Counted from the first letter of the stretch, positions 1-9,066 are shown. The stretch is 32,000 nucleotides of DNA from Xylanibacter ruminicola 23 (GCF_000025925.1 NC_014033.1:60001-92000); one strand, 5' to 3'. Notes: a model not told the origin generated them from the sequence alone. A program made the numbers and translations.

Positions 1-325
1 CGGGCACTACCAAGGGTACATCGTCGTCCATACGGAATGCACTCGAGTTGTCAATCATTACAGCACCATACTTTGTGATAGTCTCGGCAAACTCCTTCGA
101 TGTGCCTGCACCTGCTGAAGTGAAGGCGATGTCGACATCCTTAAAATCGTCGTTGTGCTGAAGCAGTTTAACCTCAATCTCCTTACCTTTAAAATTGTAC
201 TTCGTTCCGGCACTGCGCTCTGAGCCAAACAGTACCAGTTCGTCCATTGGGAAATTTCTCTCAGCGAGGATGCGCAGAAACTCTTGTCCTACGGCTCCAC
301 TTGCACCTACAATTGCTACTTTCAT
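1..325 (-). CDS. asd: aspartate-semialdehyde dehydrogenase, N-terminal part (gene continues past the left window edge)
   Basis: Absent from the ORF track because it is truncated. Reverse-complement translation from the ATG at 325-323 reads [52 protein letters not shown]...[21 protein letters not shown]. This shows the GxSGxVG Rossmann start and the [15 protein letters not shown] block typical of Asd. Confidence 0.85.
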   Translation of the reverse strand, partial: MKVAIVGASGAVGQEFLRILAERNFPMDELVLFGSERSAGTKYNFKGKEIEVKLLQHNDDFKDVDIAFTSAGAGTSKEFAETITKYGAVMIDNSSAFRMDDDVPLVVP

Positions 326-394
326 CTTGATAATCCTTTAAATGGTTACAATTTGGCCGCAAAATTATGTTTTTTTTTTCATTTTACCAAAAAA

Positions 395-2548
395 ATGAGT
401 ACCTTTGTAGCCAAAATGACATTATTATTATCATATTTGCCGATTACAGACCCAACTTTTATCTTTTTTGTGGTGCTGATGATCATTCTGTTTGCTCCTA
501 TCGTGATGAGTAAACTTAGAATTCCGCATATCATTGGCATGGTTCTGGCGGGTATCGCCATCGGTCAATATGGTTTTAATATTCTGGTCCGCGACAACTC
601 GTTCGAACTTTTTGGTAGGGTAGGTCTCTACTATATTATGTTCCTGGCCGGACTGGAGATGGACATGGAAGGTGTGAAGAAGCATTCGCGCCGATTCCTG
701 CTGTTCGGACTGCTGACGTGCTTTGTCCCGCTGATACTTACCTATGCCATGTCGGTAACCATCCTCGACTATTCGTCATCGGCTTCGTTCCTGTTGGGCT
801 GTATCATGGCGTCAAATACCTTGATTGCTTATCCTATTGTTGGTCGATATGGTTTGCAGAAGCACCAGAGCGTGGCTCTGAGTGTAGGTTCGTCGATGAT
901 ATCACTGTTTATGGCGCTGGTGATGCTGGCTGCTATCTCAGGATCGTTCAGCAAAGATAGTGGTTGGTGGTTCTGGGTGCTGTTTGTGGTTAAGTTTGCC
1001 GCCTTCTGTGTAGGTAGCGTTGTTCTGATACCTAAGTTGACGCGCTATTTCCTGCGCCGATACAGTGATGCCGTGATGCAGTACACCTTCGTTATGGCGG
1101 TGATGTTTCTCAGTGCGGCACTCTCGTCGCTCATTGGTATCGAGGGTGTGTTTGGCGCATTCTACTCTGGTCTGATATTAAACAGATATATCCCACGTGT
1201 GTCGCCACTGATGAACCGCATCGAGTTTATCGGTAACGCGCTGTTCATCCCCTATTTCCTGATTGGTGTGGGTATGCTCATCAATCTGGGTACGCTGTTC
1301 TCTAGCATGCAGATGGTATGGATTGTACTGCTTATCGTGTTCTTCGGAACATTTGGTAAGGCTGTGGCTGCCTATATCTGCAGTCTGCTGTTCCGCCTGT
1401 CAAAGGCCGATGGTCACATGATGTTCGGTCTTACATCGGCCCATGCGGCTGGTGCCATCGCTATGGTGATGGTGGGCATCCGTTTAGAGGTGGCTCCCGG
1501 CGAATACCTGGTGAGCGACGACATGCTGAATGGTATCATTATGATGATATTGTTTACCTGTATCATCAGTACCATGATGACCGAGCATGCTGCCAAGAAG
1601 ATTATCATTCAGGAGAAGACCCATCTGCAGGGTGATGTACCTAAGGATGACGACGAGAAGATATTGTTATGTGTGAAATATCCTGAGATTGCACCACATC
1701 TGCTGTATATGTCGATGTTTATGCGTAACCAGCGTTTGAATCGCGACTTGGTGGCGTTGAATGTGGTTTACGATGATGAGCGTAGCAATGCTGCTCGCGA
1801 AGAGGGTATCCGATTGTTGGAGCAACTGCAGCATACGGCCAGCGCCAGCGAGGTAAAGGTGCAAACGCAGGTGCGCTTGGCTACCAATATCGCCAATGGT
1901 ATTAAGCACGCTTTCCGTGAGTTTGGATGCTCGGAGATTGTGATGGGGATGCACGTGCATACCGATATCAACCCCAGGTTCTGGGGAGAGTTTATCCAGA
2001 GTTTGTATAATGGCTTGAACCGCCAGATTCTGCTGGTACGTTTCGTTCAGCCTATGACCACGTTGCGTCGTATTCGTGTGGCAGTACCTTCACGAGCCGA
2101 GTTTGAGCCTGGTTTCCATCGTTGGCTCGAAAGGTTGAGTAGGTTGGCTGGTCAGTTGGACTGCCGTATCCAGTTCCATGGTCGCAACGAGAGTCTGATG
2201 CTCATCAAGGAGTATATCAACAACCGCCATCCCAATGTGCGTGCCGAGTACACCTACATGGCCCATTGGAACGAGTTGCCTCAGTTGGCTGCGGGTATTG
2301 CCGACGACCATCTGTTTGTGGTAGTTACAGCCCGTAAGGGTACCATCTCATACAAAACAGCGTTAGAGCGACTGCCTGATGAGTTGCAGAAGCACTTCTC
2401 GGGTAAGAACCTCATGATAATCTTCCCCGACCAGCATGGTGATACTAAGGACGAGCGCATGAGCTTTACTGAGGCACAGCACCACGAGGAGAAGAGTATC
2501 TATGATACTATTCTGCGCTGGATACACGAGAGGAAGATTAAACATTAA
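395..2548 (+). CDS. cation:proton antiporter (CPA2/Kef-type membrane domain) with a long cytoplasmic C-terminal domain, possibly Usp-like
   Basis: The track ORF 284-2548 starts at a TTG that overlaps asd. The first ATG is at 395 (MSTFVAKMTLLL...) and an alternative ATG is at 416. About 12 hydrophobic helices include the KLRIPHIIGMVLAGIAIGQ motif typical of CPA2 exchangers, followed by ~300 soluble residues. The start is uncertain: a perfect TAccTTTG box sits at 400-407, inside the 395 model, and a near-consensus TAcaaTTTG lies at 347-355. Confidence 0.8.
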   Translation: MSTFVAKMTLLLSYLPITDPTFIFFVVLMIILFAPIVMSKLRIPHIIGMVLAGIAIGQYGFNILVRDNSFELFGRVGLYYIMFLAGLEMDMEGVKKHSRRFLLFGLLTCFVPLILTYAMSVTILDYSSSASFLLGCIMASNTLIAYPIVGRYGLQKHQSVALSVGSSMISLFMALVMLAAISGSFSKDSGWWFWVLFVVKFAAFCVGSVVLIPKLTRYFLRRYSDAVMQYTFVMAVMFLSAALSSLIGIEGVFGAFYSGLILNRYIPRVSPLMNRIEFIGNALFIPYFLIGVGMLINLGTLFSSMQMVWIVLLIVFFGTFGKAVAAYICSLLFRLSKADGHMMFGLTSAHAAGAIAMVMVGIRLEVAPGEYLVSDDMLNGIIMMILFTCIISTMMTEHAAKKIIIQEKTHLQGDVPKDDDEKILLCVKYPEIAPHLLYMSMFMRNQRLNRDLVALNVVYDDERSNAAREEGIRLLEQLQHTASASEVKVQTQVRLATNIANGIKHAFREFGCSEIVMGMHVHTDINPRFWGEFIQSLYNGLNRQILLVRFVQPMTTLRRIRVAVPSRAEFEPGFHRWLERLSRLAGQLDCRIQFHGRNESLMLIKEYINNRHPNVRAEYTYMAHWNELPQLAAGIADDHLFVVVTARKGTISYKTALERLPDELQKHFSGKNLMIIFPDQHGDTKDERMSFTEAQHHEEKSIYDTILRWIHERKIKH

Positions 2549-2569
2549 AAATTAAACATTAAAGATTAG
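2535..2569 (+). repeat. five tandem AT-rich heptamers (ANATTAA) spanning the antiporter stop codon up to the next start codon
   Basis: The sequence reads AGATTAA ACATTAA AAATTAA ACATTAA AGATTAG, then AG ATG (start at 2572). The antiporter stop TAA (2546-2548) lies inside the second unit. Confidence 0.8.
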
Positions 2570-2571
2570 AG

Positions 2572-3255
2572 ATGATTGATATAAAGAATATAACCAAGAG
2601 CTTTGGCTCGTTACAGGTACTGAAGGGCATCGACCTCCATATCAACAAGGGCGAGGTGGTAAGCATTGTAGGTCCCAGCGGTGCAGGTAAAACCACGTTG
2701 CTGCAGATTATCGGTACACTCGACCGTCCTGATACGGGTAGTGTAGTGGTTGATGGTATCGATACAACCACGCTCTCATCCAAGCATCTTGCCGATTTCC
2801 GCAACCGCCATCTGGGATTTGTATTCCAGTTCCATCAGCTGTTGCCCGAGTTTACTGCTATCGAGAATATCATGATTCCCGCTTATATAGCTGGCACATC
2901 GCAGAGTAAGGCTAAGCAGCGTGCCAAAGAACTGCTTGAGTTTATGGGACTGGCCGATCGTGCTACCCATAAACCCAACGAACTCTCTGGTGGTGAGAAA
3001 CAGCGTGTGGCTGTGGCTCGTGCGCTGGTAAACAATCCTGCAGTGATTCTTGCCGATGAGCCTTCTGGCTCGCTCGACACAAAGAATAAGGAAGAGTTGC
3101 ATCAGTTGTTCTTCGATCTTCGTGATCAGTTCGGACAGACTTTTGTGATTGTTACCCACGATGAGGGACTTGCTTCGATTACAGATAGAACTATTCATCT
3201 TAAGGATGGACTGATATTACCTACGGAAAACATTGAAATAACAGAGGAAATATGA
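2572..3255 (+). CDS. ABC transporter ATP-binding protein, LolD/MacB/FtsE-like
   Basis: Walker A is GPSGAGKTT, the signature is [15 protein letters not shown] and Walker B is [11 protein letters not shown]. Length is 227 aa. No permease gene is adjacent. Confidence 0.88.
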   Translation: MIDIKNITKSFGSLQVLKGIDLHINKGEVVSIVGPSGAGKTTLLQIIGTLDRPDTGSVVVDGIDTTTLSSKHLADFRNRHLGFVFQFHQLLPEFTAIENIMIPAYIAGTSQSKAKQRAKELLEFMGLADRATHKPNELSGGEKQRVAVARALVNNPAVILADEPSGSLDTKNKEELHQLFFDLRDQFGQTFVIVTHDEGLASITDRTIHLKDGLILPTENIEITEEI

Positions 3256-4097
3256 TAAAATTAGGAGATTACAATACCTTGAAAATCGTGAAGTCGGTCG
3301 ACTTCGGACTTTATCTCGACGGTGGCGAGGAAGGCGAAATTTTGCTTCCCCAGCGTTATGTTACTAACGATATGAAAATTGGTAACGAGGTTACGGTGTT
3401 TATCTACCTCGACCAGGAGGAGCGACCTGTGGCTACAACAGAGACACCTTATGCCAAGGTGGGCGAGTTTGTAAGTTTAGAGGTGGCATGGGTTAACCAG
3501 TTTGGCGCATTCCTTAACTGGGGTCTGATGAAAGATATCTTCTGCCCCTTCCGTGAGCAGAAAAAACGTATGGAGCAAGGTCAGCGTCATATCGTATATA
3601 TTAAGGTAGATGAAGACAGCTATCGCCTGATGGCTACGGCTAAGGTAGAGAAATATCTCACTACACCTATCATTACCGATCTGCCATCGTTGCAGCATGG
3701 TGCCGAGGTGGATATTTTAGTGTGGCAGAAGACCGATCTGGGCTTCAAGGTGATTGTGAACAATAAGTTCCAGGGCCTGATATTCGAGAATCAGATTTTT
3801 CAGCCTCTGCACAGTGGTATGAAACTCAAGGCCTATGTGGATCATGTGCGTCAGGATGGCAAGATTGATATCGTTCTGCAGCAGACAGGCAGACAGCAAA
3901 CGCTGGACTTTGCTGAGACACTGCTACGCTATCTTTACGAGAACGATGGATTCTGCAATCTGGGAGATAAGTCGCCTGCCGAGTTGATTTATGACCGCTT
4001 CCAGGTATCAAAGAAAGCCTATAAGAAAGCTGTTGGCGATCTCTATAAGCGTCGCCTCATCACCATCGAACCTGATGGCATTCGCTTAGTAAAATAA
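3252..4097 (+). CDS. S1-like RNA-binding protein, CvfB/YitL family
   Basis: The 281-aa protein begins [37 protein letters not shown] and carries repeated S1-like beta-barrel segments, resembling the CvfB/YitL family. Its ATG overlaps the stop of the ATPase gene (ATGA at 3252-3255). Confidence 0.7.
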   Translation: MIKLGDYNTLKIVKSVDFGLYLDGGEEGEILLPQRYVTNDMKIGNEVTVFIYLDQEERPVATTETPYAKVGEFVSLEVAWVNQFGAFLNWGLMKDIFCPFREQKKRMEQGQRHIVYIKVDEDSYRLMATAKVEKYLTTPIITDLPSLQHGAEVDILVWQKTDLGFKVIVNNKFQGLIFENQIFQPLHSGMKLKAYVDHVRQDGKIDIVLQQTGRQQTLDFAETLLRYLYENDGFCNLGDKSPAELIYDRFQVSKKAYKKAVGDLYKRRLITIEPDGIRLVK

Positions 4098-4103
4098 AGG
4101 CAA

Positions 4104-4136
4104 TAAAAAACCTCGCCGATTGGCGAGGCTTTTTTA
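4104..4136. terminator. bidirectional rho-independent terminator between the cvfB-like gene and asnS
   Basis: The sequence is AAAAAACCTCGCC-gatt-GGCGAGGCTTTTTT. The GC stem (4111-4117 / 4122-4128) is flanked by an A-run on one side and a T-run on the other, and it sits between two convergent stop codons. Confidence 0.8.
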
Positions 4137-4139
4137 TGT

Positions 4140-5579
4140 TTAGAACTCTGCTGATTTCGGAGTACGTGGGAAGGGGATCACGTCGCGGATGTTCTGCATA
4201 CCTGTTACGAACAGGATGAGACGCTCGAAACCAAGACCGAAACCGGCGTGTGGGCATGAACCCCACTTGCGGGTGTCGATGTACCACCAGAGGTGGGTCT
4301 GGTCCATCTCGCGGCGATTAATCTCGCCCATCAACTTATCGTAGCTCTCCTCACGAACACTACCACCGATAATCTCACCAATCTGTGGGAAGAGTACATC
4401 GGTACCCTGCATGGTAGGACCAGGGGCAACAGCACCCTTATAACCTACTGAACCACCATCGGCAGTGTCCTGGTTCTGCTTCATATAGAACGACTTGAAT
4501 GCACGTGGGTAGTCGGTCATGATAACAGGCTTCTTGAAGTGCTCTTCAACCAGGTAGCGCTCATGCTCGCTGGCCAGGTCGTCGCCCCAGTTGCAGGGGA
4601 ACTCGAACTTCTTGCCGTTCTTGATAGCCTCCTGCAGGATATTGATACCCTCAGTGTAAGGCAAGCGAACGAAGGTCTCCTTGAGTACACCCTCCAGACG
4701 CTCGATCAGAGTTTTATCAATCATCTTGTTCAGGAACTCGAGGTCGTCCTTACAGTTATCGAGAGCCCAGCGTACGCAGTACTTGATGAAGTCCTCTTCA
4801 AGATCCATCAGCTCTTCCTGATCCAAGAAAGCAACCTCAGGCTCAACCATCCAGAACTCAGCCAGGTGACGAGGTGTGTTACTGTTCTCTGCACGGAAAG
4901 TAGGACCGAAGGTGTAGATAGAACCCAGTGCGGTAGCACCCAGCTCACCCTCCAACTGACCAGATACAGTCAGCGAAGTCTGTTCACCGAAGAAATCATC
5001 GTCGTAGATAATCTTGCCGTTCTCGTCCTTCTTCAGGTCGTACAGGTTCTTGGTAGTTACCTGGAACATGTTACCTGCTCCCTCACAGTCACTGGCAGTA
5101 ATCAGTGGGGTGTGGAAGTAGAAGAATCCATGCTCGTGGAAGTAGGTGTGGATAGCCATCGCCATGTTGTGGCGGATGCGCATCACTGCACCAAAGGTGT
5201 TGGTGCGCAGACGCATGTGAGCGTTCTTACGCATTACCTCGAAGCTCTGGCCCTTCTTCTGCATGGGGTAGTCGTTGCCGCACAGACCGTAAACCTCAAG
5301 CTTAGTAGCCTGGATTTCGCTGCTCTGACCGGCACCCTGACTCTCAACCAGTGTACCCTCGGCGCTGATGCAGGCACCAGTGGTGATATCCTTCAATACC
5401 TGCTCGTCGAACTTAGTGGGATCAACAACAATCTGCACATTCTTGATGGTAGAACCGTCGTTGAGTGCAATGAAGTCTACAGCCTTAGAGCTGCGGTGCG
5501 TGCGCACCCAACCCTTAACGCAAACCTCCTTGCCATATTCAGTGCTCTTCAGCACATCAATAATCTTTGTTCTTTTCAT
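4140..5579 (-). CDS. asnS: asparagine--tRNA ligase
   Basis: [51 protein letters not shown]... shows an OB-fold N-terminus. Class II motifs are present ([30 protein letters not shown]). The track start at 5585 is a TTG; the ATG at 5579 is preferred. Confidence 0.95.
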   Translation of the reverse strand: MKRTKIIDVLKSTEYGKEVCVKGWVRTHRSSKAVDFIALNDGSTIKNVQIVVDPTKFDEQVLKDITTGACISAEGTLVESQGAGQSSEIQATKLEVYGLCGNDYPMQKKGQSFEVMRKNAHMRLRTNTFGAVMRIRHNMAMAIHTYFHEHGFFYFHTPLITASDCEGAGNMFQVTTKNLYDLKKDENGKIIYDDDFFGEQTSLTVSGQLEGELGATALGSIYTFGPTFRAENSNTPRHLAEFWMVEPEVAFLDQEELMDLEEDFIKYCVRWALDNCKDDLEFLNKMIDKTLIERLEGVLKETFVRLPYTEGINILQEAIKNGKKFEFPCNWGDDLASEHERYLVEEHFKKPVIMTDYPRAFKSFYMKQNQDTADGGSVGYKGAVAPGPTMQGTDVLFPQIGEIIGGSVREESYDKLMGEINRREMDQTHLWWYIDTRKWGSCPHAGFGLGFERLILFVTGMQNIRDVIPFPRTPKSAEF

Positions 5580-5581
5580 TA

Positions 5582-5609
5582 TCAATTGTCAATTATCAAT
5601 TGTCAATTA
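5582..5609 (-). repeat. four tandem heptamers (coding strand YAATTGA) filling the rluB-asnS junction
   Basis: The minus strand reads TAATTGA CAATTGA TAATTGA CAATTGA, then TA ATG. The first TAA is the stop codon of the upstream gene (5609-5607). The array ends 2 nt before the asnS ATG (5579). Confidence 0.8.
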
Positions 5610-6956
5610 CTCATAAGCTCCCATACGCAGGCGGTCAACCTCCTCCTCGGTCAGGTAGCGCCAGTCGCCACGCTTCAGGTTCTTCTTAGTCAGACCAGCG
5701 AACTGTACGCGGTCGAGCTTCTGAACACGGTAGCCCAGGCTCTCGAAGATACGGCGAACGATACGGTTCTTACCTGAGTGAATCTCGATGCCAACCTGCT
5801 TCTTATCGGTAGGATGAGCATACTGAACGTCGTCGGCCTTAATCTCACCATCCTCAAGCTGGATGCCCTCGGCAATCTGTGCCAGGTCGTGAGCGGTAAC
5901 GTTCTTATCGAGGTAAACGTGATAAATCTTCTTCTTCAGGTACTTAGGATGTGTAAGCTTAGAAGCCAGATCGCCATCGTTGGTGAGCAGCAGCACACCA
6001 GTGGTGTTGCGGTCGAGACGACCTACGGGGTAGATACGCTCAGGACAAGCGTTCTTAACGAGGTCCATTACAGTCTTACGCTGCTGAGGATCGTCGCTGG
6101 TAGTAACGTAGTCCTTTGGCTTGTTGAGCAGTACGTAAACCTTCTTCTCGATGTTTACGGGCTGATCGTGGAACTTAACAACATCGGTACGCAGGATCTT
6201 TGTTCCCAGCTCGGTTACAATCTCGCCGTTAACCGATACTACACCTGCCTGGATGAACTCGTCGGCCTCGCGACGGCTGCAAACACCAGCATTAGCCAGG
6301 AACTTGTTCAAACGCAGTGGCTCGTTTGGATCGTAGTTAATCTCCTTGTACTCGATGCGCTTCTTCATAGAGTACTTTGCATTTGGATCGTAGTCGGCTG
6401 TGCGCTGACGTGGACCCTTCTTATAAGGAGCTGCTCCGTAAGGCTTGCCATAGCCACCCTGCTGAGGACGACCGTAGCCACCCTGCTGAGGACGACCGTA
6501 GCCACCCTGCTGGGGACGACCGTAACCACCCTGCTGAGGACGACCGTAGCCACCCTGCTGAGGACGCTGGCCATAACCGCCACCCTGTGGACGCTGGCCG
6601 TAGCCACCCTGCTGGGGACGACCGTAACCGCCCTGCTGAGGACGACCGTAGCCACCCTGTGGGCGCTGGCCATAACCACCCTGACGCTGCTGACCGTAGC
6701 CACCATCGTTATTGTAGTTGTTACGTGGACGATAGCCTCCCTGAGGACGCTGAGGTGCATTGCTCTGCAAACCTGCGCCGAATCCCTCTGGGCGGAACTC
6801 GCCTTCGTCGTTGTTATTGCGATAGCTGGGACGCTCATATACTGGGCGCGCAGCGGTATGAATGCGTGGACGTGGTGAACGACCTGGACGATACTCCTTC
6901 TGATATCCGTCCTGTGCAGTCTCTTCCTGTTTTTTCTCGTTGTTTTCGAAATCCAT
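5607..6956 (-). CDS. rluB: pseudouridine synthase, RsuA/RluB family (S4 domain plus catalytic domain) with a ~200-aa low-complexity Gly/Gln/Tyr/Arg/Pro N-terminal extension
   Basis: The S4 domain reads LRLNKFLANAGVCSRREADEFIQAGVVSVNGE. The catalytic block is YPVGRLDRNTTGVLLLTNDGDL. The N-terminal half consists of GGYGRPQQ-type repeats. The rluB symbol rests on family resemblance only. Confidence 0.85.
   Translation of the reverse strand: MDFENNEKKQEETAQDGYQKEYRPGRSPRPRIHTAARPVYERPSYRNNNDEGEFRPEGFGAGLQSNAPQRPQGGYRPRNNYNNDGGYGQQRQGGYGQRPQGGYGRPQQGGYGRPQQGGYGQRPQGGGYGQRPQQGGYGRPQQGGYGRPQQGGYGRPQQGGYGRPQQGGYGKPYGAAPYKKGPRQRTADYDPNAKYSMKKRIEYKEINYDPNEPLRLNKFLANAGVCSRREADEFIQAGVVSVNGEIVTELGTKILRTDVVKFHDQPVNIEKKVYVLLNKPKDYVTTSDDPQQRKTVMDLVKNACPERIYPVGRLDRNTTGVLLLTNDGDLASKLTHPKYLKKKIYHVYLDKNVTAHDLAQIAEGIQLEDGEIKADDVQYAHPTDKKQVGIEIHSGKNRIVRRIFESLGYRVQKLDRVQFAGLTKKNLKRGDWRYLTEEEVDRLRMGAYE
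6448..6705 (-). repeat. in-frame tandem repeat (24-nt unit with 21/27-nt variants, about 10-11 copies) encoding (Q)GGYG(R/Q)(R)PQ units
   Basis: The plus strand shows CCGTAGCCACCCTGCTGAGGACGA repeated almost identically at 6448, 6472, 6496, 6520 and 6544, with variants up to ~6705. The translation is QGGYGRPQQGGYGRPQQGGYGQRPQGGGYGQRPQQGGYGRPQQ... Confidence 0.9.
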
Positions 6957-7009
6957 GACTTGTTATTCTTTAAAATGTTACTAATTTCTATAAATATACT
7001 AATGTGTAA

Positions 7010-8356
7010 TTAAATGCCTGTATAGGTTGATGGGGTAATGGCACGAAGTTCTTCTTTTACATCCTCACTCACCTCGAGTGTTTCAATGAAATTCTTGATC
7101 TTTTCGCCAGTCAGCTTCTCGTTGGTACGAGTCAGCGCCTTCAGGGTCTCGTATGGGTTGGGGTAGGCCTCACGACGCAGAATAGTCTGGATAGCCTCGG
7201 CTACTACTGCCCAAGTGTTGTCGAGATCCTCCTGCAGCTTCTCCTCGTTCAGAATGAGCTTGCGCAAACCCTTCAGTGTGCTCTGGAAAGCAATCACAGC
7301 ATGACCCATAGGTACACCTACGTTACGCAGAACGGTAGAGTCGGTCAGGTCGCGCTGCAAACGGCTTACGGGCAGCTTTGCTGCCAGGAACTGCAGAATG
7401 GCGTTGGCAATACCCAGGTTACCCTCAGAGTTCTCGTAGTCGATGGGGTTCACCTTATGTGGCATAGCACTCGAACCAACCTCGCCCTTCTTGATCTTCT
7501 GCTTGAAGTAGTCCATAGAGATGTACATCCAGAAGTCGCGATCCAAGTCGATAACGATGGTGTTGATACGACGCATAGCATCAAAGATAGCACCCAACCA
7601 GTCGTAGTTCGAAATCTGAGTGGTGTACTGCTCGCGCTCCAATCCTAACTTTTCGCTTACGAATGTGTTACCAAACTCACGCCAGTCGTACTGTGGATAA
7701 GCCACGTGGTGAGCGTTGTAGTTACCGGTAGCACCACCGAACTTGGCAGTGATAGGGGTAGCCTTCAGACCGCGCAGCTGCTCTTCCAGACGGTACACGT
7801 AAACCATTACCTCCTTACCCAAGCGGGTTGGCGATGCAGGCTGTCCGTGGGTCTTGGCCAGCATAGGGATGTTCTTCCACTGCTCGGCATAATCGTGCAG
7901 TTGCTCAATCAGCTCCTCCACCATAGGATAGTAAACCTGCTCCAGAGCCTCCTTGATAGAAAGGGGAACGCTGGTGTTGTTAATGTCCTGCGATGTGAGG
8001 CCGAAGTGGATGAACTCCTTGTAGCTCTCGAAACCGCCCATGGCGTCGAGCTGCTCCTTGATAAAGTACTCTACGGCTTTTACGTCGTGGTTAGTAATCG
8101 ACTCAATGTCTTTCACACGCTGTGCATTAGCGGGTGTGAAATTACGGTAGATGTCACGAAGTTGATCGAATGTTGAGTGGTTGATACCCTGAAGTTGAGG
8201 TAATGGCAATTCACACAAGGCAATAAAATACTCTATTTCAACGCGTACCCTGTAACGTATCAAGGCATACTCTGAAAAGTATTCTGCCAATGGTTCGGTC
8301 TTACTTCTGTAACGGCCATCAATAGGCGAGATGGCTGTCAATAAACTTAAATCCAT
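7010..8356 (-). CDS. purB: adenylosuccinate lyase
   Basis: MDLSLLTAISPIDGRYRSKTEPLAEYFSEYALIRYRVRVEIEYFIAL..., the SSAMPHKVNPIDYEN signature loop and a length of 448 aa all match PurB. Confidence 0.95.
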   Translation of the reverse strand: MDLSLLTAISPIDGRYRSKTEPLAEYFSEYALIRYRVRVEIEYFIALCELPLPQLQGINHSTFDQLRDIYRNFTPANAQRVKDIESITNHDVKAVEYFIKEQLDAMGGFESYKEFIHFGLTSQDINNTSVPLSIKEALEQVYYPMVEELIEQLHDYAEQWKNIPMLAKTHGQPASPTRLGKEVMVYVYRLEEQLRGLKATPITAKFGGATGNYNAHHVAYPQYDWREFGNTFVSEKLGLEREQYTTQISNYDWLGAIFDAMRRINTIVIDLDRDFWMYISMDYFKQKIKKGEVGSSAMPHKVNPIDYENSEGNLGIANAILQFLAAKLPVSRLQRDLTDSTVLRNVGVPMGHAVIAFQSTLKGLRKLILNEEKLQEDLDNTWAVVAEAIQTILRREAYPNPYETLKALTRTNEKLTGEKIKNFIETLEVSEDVKEELRAITPSTYTGI

Positions 8357-8415
8357 GTTTTAAATTAATTCCTGTAATTATCGATAATTTCTAAACGTTC
8401 AATATCCTTCTTTAA

Positions 8416-8443
8416 CCCAAAACCGCAACCTCATCGGCTGCGG
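8416..8443 (-). terminator. probable terminator downstream of tRNA-Val
   Basis: The minus strand reads CCGCAGCC-gatga-GGTTGCGG, followed by TTTTGGGTT. The stem has one G.U pair. Confidence 0.5.
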
Positions 8444-8463
8444 AAAGCGGATTTTTTGTGTTG

Positions 8464-8538
8464 TGGGCGTTGACGGATTCGAACCGCCGACCCTCTGCTT
8501 GTAAGGCAGATGCTCTAAACCAGCTGAGCTAAACGCCC
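8464..8538 (-). tRNA. tRNA-Val (anticodon UAC)
   Basis: The manual cloverleaf is GGGCGTT TA GCTC AGCTGGTTTA GAGC A TCTGC CTTACAA GCAGA GGGTC GGCGG TTCGAAT CCGTC AACGCCC A. It has a 7-bp acceptor stem, a TTCGAAT T-loop and anticodon TAC at positions 34-36. CCA is not encoded. Confidence 0.9.
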
Positions 8539-8558
8539 TTGTTTCTTGTTTGCGGGTG

Positions 8559-8566
8559 CAAAGGTA
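8559..8566 (-). promoter_or_regulatory. candidate Bacteroidota -7 box (TAccTTTG) for tRNA-Val
   Basis: The minus strand reads TACCTTTGCA about 20 nt upstream of the mature tRNA 5' end. This matches the TAnnTTTG consensus of Bacteroides-type sigma-A promoters. Confidence 0.45.
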
Positions 8567-8567
8567 C

Positions 8568-8616
8568 AAAGAAAAAATGAAACTGCAAAATTTTCAGGCG
8601 AAAATCTTGCAGTTTC
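8568..8616 (-). terminator. rho-independent terminator of the paaK-ACT operon
   Basis: The minus strand reads GAAACTGCAAGATTTTC-gcct-GAAAATTTTGCAGTTTC. It forms a 10-bp outer stem plus a 6-bp inner stem, followed by ATTTTTTCTTT. Confidence 0.75.
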
Positions 8617-8624
8617 TTGTAAAT

Positions 8625-9050
8625 TTATAGCTGATAGAGGTCGTTTGCGGCCATCAACTCCACTTTTTTGTCTGAAAGTATCTTCTCGCAGGCATCCAAA
8701 TCGGTGGGGCGGATTACCACTGTGGCCACATCGCCATTAGCAAACGAATACATATACTCGATGAAAACACCGTTCTGTGAGAGGTGCTTCAGTACGATGG
8801 CCAGCGAACCACTGGTGTTGGGGCATACAAATCCGATCACGTCAGTAATCTTCACGGCAAAGTGTGCCTCTTTCAGAACCTGATAGGCTTTGTCGGGATC
8901 GGAAACGATGCAGCGCAGAATACCAAAGTCGCTGTTATCGGCAATACTCATGGCCGAAAGGTTGATGCCTGCTGCACCAAGCACCTCGGTCACCTCAGTC
9001 AGACGGCCTGACTTGTTCTCAAGGAAAATTGATAGTTGCTTAGTCTTCAT
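8625..9050 (-). CDS. ACT domain-containing protein (two ACT-like halves)
   Basis: MKTKQLSIFLENKSGRLTEVTEVLGAAGINLSAMSIADNSDFGILRCIVSDPDKA... is an ACT-type beta-alpha-beta-beta-alpha-beta pattern. The ATG at 9050 is preferred over the longer track ORF, which would overlap the paaK stop. Confidence 0.75.
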   Translation of the reverse strand: MKTKQLSIFLENKSGRLTEVTEVLGAAGINLSAMSIADNSDFGILRCIVSDPDKAYQVLKEAHFAVKITDVIGFVCPNTSGSLAIVLKHLSQNGVFIEYMYSFANGDVATVVIRPTDLDACEKILSDKKVELMAANDLYQL

Positions 9051-9066
9051 AATTACGATTGTATTT

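Noticed and set aside
284-394. N-terminal extension of the antiporter ORF in the track (TTG at 284)
   Set aside because: It would overlap the asd start on the opposite strand. It encodes a Cys/Tyr/Phe-rich non-membrane peptide and precedes the likely promoter. The ATG at 395 or 416 gives a sensible TM1.
4539-5777. 412-aa plus-strand ORF antisense to asnS
   Set aside because: It lies entirely within and opposite a very confident asnS gene. Its Leu/Val/Gln/Thr-rich composition has no recognisable motifs, which is typical of a shadow ORF opposite a codon-biased gene.
5778-6958. Alternative-frame ORFs over the rluB repeat region (5778-6878 +, 6365-6838 -, 6377-6958 +)
   Set aside because: They are kept open only by the 24-nt tandem repeat, and their translations are monotonous (TTVATLLR..., DDRSHPAE...). 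The rluB frame is the only one that continues into recognisable S4 and catalytic domains.
8464-8538. tRNA-Val as an integration hotspot or genomic-island boundary
   Set aside because: No integrase is present and I noticed no direct repeat of the tRNA 3' end nearby. Both neighbours (purB and paaK-ACT) are ordinary metabolic genes separated from the tRNA by their own terminators.
8546-8740. 64-aa plus-strand ORF across the tRNA promoter and paaK-ACT terminator region
   Set aside because: It spans a terminator hairpin and runs antisense into the ACT gene, with no coding signal.
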